A stretch of 64,000 nucleotides of DNA, taken from contig URIR01000003.1 in assembly GCA_900547955.1 (NCBI GenBank), positions 11,711 through 75,710 of the forward strand, in the 5' to 3' direction. The translations under genes were made by a program, and so were the position numbers. This document shows positions 56,995-64,000 of the stretch, in pieces (position 1 is the stretch's first letter; the number at the start of each line of letters is the position of its first letter). Source of the DNA: an uncultured Eubacteriales bacterium. GTDB taxonomy: Bacteria; Bacillota; Clostridia; Christensenellales; QALW01. The notes under the pieces were generated by a model. It worked only from the letters and a program-made list of their open reading frames with translations, was not told the DNA's origin and ran no database searches.

Positions 56995-58227
56995 ATGAAA
57001 GCAAAATATGTTATTATAGGCAATTCAGCCGGGGCGATAGGCGGAGTTGAGGGAATAAGAGCATTGGATAAAGAGGGTGATATAATTATAGTTTCTTCTG
57101 AAACGTATTTTACATATTCTCGCCCCCTTATATCCTATCTTTTGTGCGGAGAAACCGATATGCAGAGCATAAAATATCGTCCGGATAATTTTTATGATGA
57201 GAATAAAGCTGTTTTGCTGGCAGGGCGAACGGTGGAAAAAATCAATGCAGATGATAAATGCATATTTTTAGACGGCAACGAGAAGATAGAGTATGAAAAG
57301 TTGCTTTATGCTGCCGGTAGTCGGCCGTTTATCCCGCTCATAAGCGGACTGGAGCAGGTGGAGAAAAAATATACCTTTATGAGCCTGGATGATGCGCTGG
57401 CTCTTGAAAAGGAGATAAGCTCTCAGACTAGGGTGCTTATTATGGGAGCTGGGCTTATAGGCCTTAAATGCGCTGAGGGGCTTTATGGCCGTGTAGGCAG
57501 CATAACGGTGGTAGATCTAGCGGATAGAGTGCTTCCCAGTATATTGGACGAGCAGAGTGCTGCCATAATGCTCGAACATCTTAAAAATAAGGGTATAACG
57601 GTGCGGCTGAATGCTGGGGTTAAGGCCTTTAAGCCTGAAGGTGCGGATGTTGGCAATGAAATAATACCATTTGATGTGCTGGTCGTAGCTGTAGGTGTGC
57701 GCGCAAATATGGAATTGCTTAAGGAAGCAGGAGCAGAGTGTGAGCGCGGCATAATCACAGATGAAGGATCTCGCACAAGCTTAAAGGATATATATGCTGC
57801 CGGCGATTGTACTCAGTGCTTTGATATCTCTTGCGGAATGAGCAGAGTTTTAGCTTTGCTGCCTAATGCCTATATGCAGGGGGAAACAGCGGGAAAGAAT
57901 ATGGCCGGCGGCAATATGAGGTTTGATAAAGCTGTCCCTATGAATTCCATGGGAGTTTTGGGACTGCACATGGTGACCTGCGGAACATATGATGGCGAGA
58001 GCATTATTTCCAATAAGGATGGTACATACAAGCGGCTGTGCGTAAAGGATGATGTGCTTTCAGGCTATATAATTTTAGGGGATGTTTCACGTGCTGGTAT
58101 ATATACTTCCTTGGTGCGGGAGAGGATACCTCTAAACAGCATAGATTTCAAACTGACGGCGGAGTCTCCGCAGTTAGCCGCCTTTTCTGTTCAATACAGG
58201 CATCAGAATCTGGCCAAACTGGTGTAG
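56995..58227 (+). CDS. FAD/NAD(P)-dependent pyridine nucleotide-disulfide oxidoreductase
   Basis: 410 aa with two Rossmann GxGxxG motifs (IIGNSAGAIG, IMGAGLIGLK). Confidence 0.9.
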   Translation: MKAKYVIIGNSAGAIGGVEGIRALDKEGDIIIVSSETYFTYSRPLISYLLCGETDMQSIKYRPDNFYDENKAVLLAGRTVEKINADDKCIFLDGNEKIEYEKLLYAAGSRPFIPLISGLEQVEKKYTFMSLDDALALEKEISSQTRVLIMGAGLIGLKCAEGLYGRVGSITVVDLADRVLPSILDEQSAAIMLEHLKNKGITVRLNAGVKAFKPEGADVGNEIIPFDVLVVAVGVRANMELLKEAGAECERGIITDEGSRTSLKDIYAAGDCTQCFDISCGMSRVLALLPNAYMQGETAGKNMAGGNMRFDKAVPMNSMGVLGLHMVTCGTYDGESIISNKDGTYKRLCVKDDVLSGYIILGDVSRAGIYTSLVRERIPLNSIDFKLTAESPQLAAFSVQYRHQNLAKLV

Positions 58228-58250
58228 TCAAATATAAAAATATAGAAAGG

Positions 58251-58982
58251 ATGCCGTTTATGATAAGGATAGATGCTCAGGGAGAGTATTATTCCCAGTT
58301 AAATGAAAAGATAAGAGAATGTAACGACAAGGAGATAACCGTAGATAATGTTTTGGGACAGCGATATATAGGCTGCGGTTTGGCGGGACGTAGAATAATA
58401 ATTAACGGAACGCCGGGCAACGCTATGGGAGCGTATCTGGACGGCTCGGAAATATATGTGCGGGGCAATGCCCAGGATGCTGTAGGGGATACTATGGACG
58501 ATGGGCTTATAGTTATAGACGGCTGCGCTGGGGATGCGATAGGCTATGCTATGCGCGGGGGAGAGATTTTTGTAAGGGGAAGCGTAGGCTATCGTGCGGG
58601 TATACATATGAAGGAATATAAGCAGAAGCATCCGGTACTGGTTGTAGGAGGAGCTGCGGGCAGCTTTTTGGGAGAATATCAGGCGGGCGGCACCATAATA
58701 ATTCTGGGCCTGGGTAGCTCCGGCCAGATAGTGGGCCCCTTTTGCGGAACGGGCATGCATGGGGGAGAGATATTCCTGCGCAGCGATAAGCCACCGGCGT
58801 TTTTATCCGAACAGGTTTGCATGCGGGATGCGCTGCCGGAGGAGCTTAAGCGGGTGGAGAAATATATAAATCGTTTCTGCGAGTATTTTAATTATCAGGC
58901 TGAAGAGCTTTTAAATCACAGGTATATAATACTATCTCCCAATACCAGCAGTCCTTACAGACAGCTTTATACGCCTAACTAA
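58251..58982 (+). CDS. GXGXG-motif protein (glutamate synthase alpha-subunit C-terminal domain homologue)
   Basis: 243 aa with a beta-helix repeat pattern: repeated G.AGD..G..M.GG.I.V.G. Confidence 0.88.
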   Translation: MPFMIRIDAQGEYYSQLNEKIRECNDKEITVDNVLGQRYIGCGLAGRRIIINGTPGNAMGAYLDGSEIYVRGNAQDAVGDTMDDGLIVIDGCAGDAIGYAMRGGEIFVRGSVGYRAGIHMKEYKQKHPVLVVGGAAGSFLGEYQAGGTIIILGLGSSGQIVGPFCGTGMHGGEIFLRSDKPPAFLSEQVCMRDALPEELKRVEKYINRFCEYFNYQAEELLNHRYIILSPNTSSPYRQLYTPN

Positions 58983-59061
58983 TGAGGTCAAGCAGTCGGT
59001 CTGCCGCTTGTATATGCGGCTGAGGCATAAAAAAACAGATTGCGGTGTAAAAAATAGGCTT

Positions 59062-59117
59062 AAAAAACGGGACAGGGGCGCAGCTTATACCTATGCCCCT
59101 GCCTAGTCCGTTTTTTT
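59062..59117. terminator. Bidirectional terminator between convergent genes
   Basis: aaaaaacgggacaggggc ... gcccctgcctagtccgttttttt: a GC stem flanked by an A-run and a T-run. Confidence 0.6.
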
Positions 59118-59149
59118 CGGTTATATGAGCCGTTTTATATGGAACGGCA

Positions 59150-61873
59150 TTATTCTTTTACCAGCCTGTAGGAATACTCCGCTTGCGGGTCGCCCGAGTG
59201 CTGGACGTTAAAGGTAAGTTCATATGAGCCGTCCTGCGCGTTATAGTAGGTTTGCCAGTAATCGTTGCCCAGGTATGCCTGTTCTATCTGTTCCCATTGT
59301 CCGTCCTTCAGGGCTTCCAGTCTATAGCCTGAATAGGAGGGGACTCCGGTAAAGGTGATGGGTATATAGCTTATGCCGCCCTTGACGGTAATCTGGGCAA
59401 GCACATCCTGGTTTTGCGCGCATTTTACGGCGATGGGATACTGGCGGAGTATTTCTCCAATCTGCGCCGAAGCCTGAGTCTTATCTCCTATGGCGTAGCG
59501 GTAGGCTAATTTCCAGGTATTGAATTCCTCCTCAGGAATGCTTTTTATGACGGGGCTGTCAAAATAATAGCTGGAGAGGGATATGGGCAGATTTATATAT
59601 TCCACCGCGCCTTTTACCGTGCTGCCCGCTTGTATAGTATTGCCGGCCTCTGCTGGTGGGCAGAGCTCCACAAGGGTGGAATTGCCGCAGAACATTTGGG
59701 TGCTGCGCAGGTTAAAGGCGGGCTTTGAATAGCTTTTGCCGTTCAAATTGGCTTCAAACTCCAGCAGGCTGAGCATACGGTTTGCGTTCTGCGAATCAAA
59801 ATAGTCTGAATTTATTTTTTTATAGCTGTCGGTATATGCTATCCACATACCCTCGCCGGGGACCTCCAGGCGCTGCATGCCGTTATGGCCGATATAGCCG
59901 GCGGTATCATATACTGGGATTTCCGCTTGAGCGCCGTAGGTTACGCCGTCTATAACATATTCTATCGGGCCGTCGTCGTTCCCTATGGTTATGCCGTGCC
60001 AGCGGCCGCTGTTATGATTATCCGCGCCCAGCTGATAGAAGGCCATTCTTTCAAAGCTGACGTCTTTGATAAAGCGGTATTCAAAGGTATGGGTTGCGCG
60101 GGAGACGTCGTTTGTACGGCCCAGGTAGGTTGCCAGGGTAAATTCTACGGCGTCGTCCTTGGTTATGCCTGTAAAAATTATTTCAGCCAGGTTGGGAGCG
60201 TAATTTTTATAGAATACCCGAACATTTTTAAAGCCTACAATACCAGAGGTATTAGCGCCGTCCTTGCCGTAATACAGGAAATTTCCTCCTCCGTTATTAG
60301 CTCCCCACACATATTTTTGGCCGCTGTCATAGGGGTCGAAGCCGACGCCGCGGACGTCGTTAATAAATGCCAGGCCGCAGGTTTGGTCGGGGTCATAGCA
60401 GAAGGCTTCCCCGCTGGAGCCTATCGTGCTGGTCTGCCAGACCTGATGGGTGCTGTTGGACGGCCAGCCTATAAGGCATAATTGGGCATGACTGGCGACC
60501 TTGAGCGTGCCCCAGTTGTTAAAGGCGTTCATATATTCATAGGTGACGCTGGAATTAGCGGGCACCTCCAGATAGGTATAGCCATGGTACCACGAGCCGT
60601 CCAGGCCTTTATACCATTCCTTTTGGGTAACAGAGCTGTCAAATGGGTGCCAGTTTTTAGATATCTGGACGGGTATGCCCATTGGTTCTCCGGTATCTGC
60701 GTCCCGTATAACCGGCCCAAAGCCTTCTACTGCGAAGGTGCCGCTTTTTTCAAACATGACGGGCACGGTTACGGTACGGCTGGAATTATTTTTTAAAGTA
60801 AAGAGCACTCTGTCGCAGGCGTTTTGGTTACGTTCCTGTGCAAAGGCCGTTCCCTTAGCGGTGGTCATGCGGTTAGTGTCTATGACCCATACGCCTCTGT
60901 CGGCGTCGAACTGAACTGGCACTTCCCGGCCTTCGCGGGGAGAAATTTGGCGTGCGGTAATTTCCATACCAGCTATAGCGTTATAATTATCAATATCGGC
61001 TTGGGATGGGGAGTCGCTGGGGATGATTATAGCGCTGAAGCCGCTGAATTTATATTGTTCCAGCGTTATTCCCAAACAAGTCATAGTTAAGGTTTTGGAG
61101 GCTTGGTCGTAGGAGAGGGAGGCGTTCGGGTTAGGCAGAATGACGGCCAGGCCCGAGCCGTTTTTAGCGGTCAGCAGCATTTCCCGGCCGTTTGAGGAGG
61201 GGGAGGCGGTCATTTCCTCAGAAAACTGCAGGGAATATGTAAGGGCTGCGTTGGAAAAGTTTTTTTGGGCGAATAATTGATAGTTCAGCGCGAAGTATTC
61301 GGGCAGGGCTTTAATTTCTGTACGGCCTATAAAATCATTGGTACGCTTTCCTGAGGAGTCTGCAAAAATCATAGCGGCTGTGTCGAAAGACTGCATATAC
61401 TGTCCGGATTCTATTATGCGCATATTGATTGTATGGTATTGGGCGGGCTGTATTATATTAGTGAACGTATATGATATATTATCTATTGACGCCGCACTAG
61501 AAGCTTTTATCTCGGGCAGGCTGTTTATAACTGAGGAATCTTGAGACATAATTTGGGTTTGACTGTATTCTTCTTTTATAACGCCTAGTCTGTCTAGCAT
61601 ACCGTTTGAGCCGTTAAAGCTCATGCCATAGTAGCCGGTTTGCACAAAGAATTTATTCTTTTCCGAGATTCCGGTGCCTTCAGGCCACCAGGAATAGGCG
61701 TAGTCGCGTATTTCCGGCTGCTGGGCATAGGTATTGCCGATATAGGGATTTAGTTCGGATGAATCTTCTTTAGGCGGGAGCGAGGGATTATGGGATGGGG
61801 ATGGGTTATCGGTGCAAGAGGTTAATGAGAGGCTTATAGCTCCGGTGAGCAGCAATGCGGCAAGTTTTTTCAT
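59150..61873 (-). CDS. Large lipoprotein of unknown function
   Basis: 907 aa; lipobox LSLTSC; I recognise no catalytic motif or domain. Confidence 0.85.
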   Translation of the reverse strand: MKKLAALLLTGAISLSLTSCTDNPSPSHNPSLPPKEDSSELNPYIGNTYAQQPEIRDYAYSWWPEGTGISEKNKFFVQTGYYGMSFNGSNGMLDRLGVIKEEYSQTQIMSQDSSVINSLPEIKASSAASIDNISYTFTNIIQPAQYHTINMRIIESGQYMQSFDTAAMIFADSSGKRTNDFIGRTEIKALPEYFALNYQLFAQKNFSNAALTYSLQFSEEMTASPSSNGREMLLTAKNGSGLAVILPNPNASLSYDQASKTLTMTCLGITLEQYKFSGFSAIIIPSDSPSQADIDNYNAIAGMEITARQISPREGREVPVQFDADRGVWVIDTNRMTTAKGTAFAQERNQNACDRVLFTLKNNSSRTVTVPVMFEKSGTFAVEGFGPVIRDADTGEPMGIPVQISKNWHPFDSSVTQKEWYKGLDGSWYHGYTYLEVPANSSVTYEYMNAFNNWGTLKVASHAQLCLIGWPSNSTHQVWQTSTIGSSGEAFCYDPDQTCGLAFINDVRGVGFDPYDSGQKYVWGANNGGGNFLYYGKDGANTSGIVGFKNVRVFYKNYAPNLAEIIFTGITKDDAVEFTLATYLGRTNDVSRATHTFEYRFIKDVSFERMAFYQLGADNHNSGRWHGITIGNDDGPIEYVIDGVTYGAQAEIPVYDTAGYIGHNGMQRLEVPGEGMWIAYTDSYKKINSDYFDSQNANRMLSLLEFEANLNGKSYSKPAFNLRSTQMFCGNSTLVELCPPAEAGNTIQAGSTVKGAVEYINLPISLSSYYFDSPVIKSIPEEEFNTWKLAYRYAIGDKTQASAQIGEILRQYPIAVKCAQNQDVLAQITVKGGISYIPITFTGVPSYSGYRLEALKDGQWEQIEQAYLGNDYWQTYYNAQDGSYELTFNVQHSGDPQAEYSYRLVKE

Positions 61874-61972
61874 AGATGCTCCTCCTTAATTTATTTAATT
61901 GTAGTTATTATAAGCAATGCAAATAAGGAATGTCAATATAGAAACGGATATAATTTTCAGGTGGCGGCGGCG

Positions 61973-62287
61973 TTCCCGCCCGTTTTGCTTTATGCTCCTT
62001 GGGAGCATAAAGCAAAACAATAATGAGGCCGGCTTAAGCCGGCCGGGTATGGCCGCGGCCCATATCCGCCGCGGCCATACCTCTTAATTTTACCCACCCG
62101 CGCGCCGCTGAGAAACGTTAGGGCGCCGTCAGGCGCGGGACCGGGGGCGGGCGGGAAAGATAAAGGCCATCAGGCACCGGTTTAGGCGCCTGATGGCGTA
62201 CGGCTTAAGCCGTACTCATTTTTTGCCGCTAACCCATCCGGGGAATTTCCCGGATGGGTTAGCGGCTGTCCGGCCTTACGGCCGGAC
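61973..62287. repeat. Array of at least 8 distinct perfect GC-rich hairpins
   Basis: Perfect stems at 61982-62018 (17 bp), 62027-62044 (18-nt palindrome), 62046-62081 (13 bp), 62166-62197 (10 bp), 62198-62215 (18-nt palindrome), 62225-62266 (18 bp) and 62268-62287 (8 bp). An enclosing stem ttcccgcccg (61973-61982) pairs with cgggcgggaa (62148-62157). Confidence 0.88.
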
Positions 62288-62317
62288 GGGGTGGGATAAG
62301 CCCCCGGATTAAAAAAC

Positions 62318-63448
62318 TTACTTCATGTATTTTATTAATCGTAGAATGTCGTTGACCGTACTGCGCAGATTTTTTTCACTTTTATGTCTGCTTATAGAAA
62401 AATCTTCGGGCAGTCGGTTTATAGGAAAAACGGCGGTAACGCCTAGATTATATGCTGGGGCCAAGTCTTCCGATGCACCTCCTGTAATAACAAGTACTGG
62501 AACGCCTGCTTTTTTCGCATGGCATGCGATGCCTATAACCGCTTTTCCATATATACTTTGGCTGTCTATTCTGCCTTCGCCGGTAAAAACTATATCGGCG
62601 TCCTGCAGCTGTTTATCAAAATTCACCATATCTAAAATTATGTCTATGCCCATTTTGAGTTGAGCATTAAAAAATGCGGCGGCTCCTGCACCCATGCCGC
62701 CTGCAGCGCCCCCGCCGGGTAGATTGGATATATCTTTTCCTAAATCCTGTTTGATTATTTCGCTTATATGCCGGAGACCTTGGTCTAAAAGTTTAACCTG
62801 CGCTTTGCTTGCTCCCTTTTGCGGCGCAAAGACATAAGCCGCTCCGTTTTCACCGTATAATTCGTTGCTTATATCGCACATAGCAAGTATAGGTATTGAG
62901 GTTATACTGGGAGTTAGTCCTGATACATCAATGTGAAATATATCCTTTAAAGTACCGCCGGTTGGTATAAAGGGTTTGCCGTTCTGGTTATAGAATTTAA
63001 CGCCTAGGGCTGCGGCCATACCGCAGCCGCAGTCATTAGTGCATGAGCCGCCAAGACATAAAATTATTCGTTTACAGCCCATATCCAGCGCGTTTAATAT
63101 TAGCTCGCCTACGCCGTATGTAGTAGTCAGCATTGGGGCTTTTCTGTTTTCAACCAAGGGCAGCCCGCTGCAAACGGCCATTTCTATAATTGCCGAGCCG
63201 TCATTAAGCAGAGCGTATGCGCCTGTCATGGACTGAAAAAATGGGTCGGAACATTGGGCTTCTATAATACTGCCGCCTAATGCCTGCAAAAAACAGGAGA
63301 GGCTGCCTTCCCCGCCGTCGGCTATAGGAATGGCCACTATCTGGCAGCTGGGAAAATGTATTTTAATCTGTTCTGATATTATTGTGCATATTTGAGCGGC
63401 AGAGAGTGTGCCTTTAAAGGAGTCGGGAATGATAATGACTTTTTTCAT
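62318..63448 (-). CDS. glxK: Glycerate kinase
   Basis: 376 aa; MKKVIIIPDSFKGTLSA... and the overall pattern fit the glycerate kinase family. Confidence 0.92.
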   Translation of the reverse strand: MKKVIIIPDSFKGTLSAAQICTIISEQIKIHFPSCQIVAIPIADGGEGSLSCFLQALGGSIIEAQCSDPFFQSMTGAYALLNDGSAIIEMAVCSGLPLVENRKAPMLTTTYGVGELILNALDMGCKRIILCLGGSCTNDCGCGMAAALGVKFYNQNGKPFIPTGGTLKDIFHIDVSGLTPSITSIPILAMCDISNELYGENGAAYVFAPQKGASKAQVKLLDQGLRHISEIIKQDLGKDISNLPGGGAAGGMGAGAAAFFNAQLKMGIDIILDMVNFDKQLQDADIVFTGEGRIDSQSIYGKAVIGIACHAKKAGVPVLVITGGASEDLAPAYNLGVTAVFPINRLPEDFSISRHKSEKNLRSTVNDILRLIKYMK

Positions 63449-63449
63449 A

Positions 63450-64000
63450 CTATTTAAGACTGCTGATATAGGCTAATTCGGTAGAATTTAATTCACGGTA
63501 TTCTCCTGAGGGCAGTTTGCCGAGATTTATCCCGCCTATGCGTATACGCATAAGGCTGAGCAATTCTTTATTGATTGCTTCCAGCATTTTTCGCACTTCG
63601 CGGTTGCGTCCTTCGTGTATTGTTATGGAAAGGGTTACGGTATGCTGAGTGCCGCCCACTACTTGTATTTTAGCCGGCGCCGTAACTGTGTTTTCTTCTA
63701 TCTGCACGCCTCTTTCCAATTTTAATATATCCCTGCGGTCTATTTCTCCTTTTATTACCGCGAGATATTCCTTTTCTATTTCATATTTGGGGTGGGTAAG
63801 CCGATAGGCGGCGTCTCCGTCATTTGTAAGCAATATCAGGCCGCTGGTGTTATAATCCAATCGGCCAACGGGATATAAGCGATACGGAAGGTCTATAAGC
63901 TGCGTAACAGTTACGCGGCCTTCGGGGTCGCTGGAGGTGCTCATAACCTTTTCAGGCTTATTAAGCATAATATAAACGTACTTTGGCTGTTCCTGCAGGA
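63450..64000 (-). CDS. RsuA/RluB-family pseudouridine synthase, 3' part (5' end beyond right edge)
   Basis: The frame stays open upstream of the track's ATG to the window edge (LQEQPKYVYIMLNKPEKVMST...). The catalytic motif is PVGRLDYNTSGLILLTNDG. Confidence 0.9.
   Translation of the reverse strand, partial: LQEQPKYVYIMLNKPEKVMSTSSDPEGRVTVTQLIDLPYRLYPVGRLDYNTSGLILLTNDGDAAYRLTHPKYEIEKEYLAVIKGEIDRRDILKLERGVQIEENTVTAPAKIQVVGGTQHTVTLSITIHEGRNREVRKMLEAINKELLSLMRIRIGGINLGKLPSGEYRELNSTELAYISSLK

Overview
This is a 64-kb chromosomal segment of a Firmicutes/Clostridia-type bacterium; the taxon is inferred from gene content and order only. The coding backbone is ordinary housekeeping. On the minus strand, 1-6143 holds gyrA (5' part), gyrB, a DUF370/RemB-like gene and an M3B oligoendopeptidase. 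On the plus strand, 6924-24269 holds a complete S10-spc-alpha supercluster (rpsJ to rplQ, including secY, adk, map, a KOW protein, infA, rpmJ and rpoA). Next come a decayed XRE gene and a vWA surface-protein remnant, then an AT-rich DnaA-box spacer and dnaA (26997-28322), which is not followed by dnaN. After that there are two sortase-type surface-protein genes. A minus-strand block (34493-43039) carries a glnA-like gene, an ANTAR regulator, carA, a carB ORF fused in frame to dapF, and dapL. The rest is a polytopic membrane protein, a PT-linker lipoprotein, rpsF-ssb-rpsR, an amino-acid ABC transporter, a five-gene split (archaeal-type) glutamate synthase cluster, a 907-aa orphan lipoprotein, glxK and a partial rluB-like gene. 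I found no rRNA, tRNA, CRISPR array, cas gene, transposase or integrase. The unusual content is non-coding, and it falls into three groups. (1) A family of GC-rich, perfectly base-paired multi-branch cloverleaf palindromes lies at 6335-6426, 24308-24509 and 28417-28504, with a decayed copy at 20396-20496. Related arrays of unique perfect hairpins occur elsewhere, for example 61973-62287. (2) GC-rich degenerate minisatellites with a 40-45 bp period occur at several sites. Two large blocks sit inside normally tight ribosomal-operon junctions (rpsE|rpmD and rpmJ|rpsM). (3) At least three families of AT-richer interspersed repeats are present. One is a TA-flanked MITE family with five copies that brackets the surface-protein genes; another flanks the ABC transporter as inverted copies. 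No gene in the window could mobilise any of these. All structure claims come from reading the sequence by eye. I ran no folding, database search or statistics.
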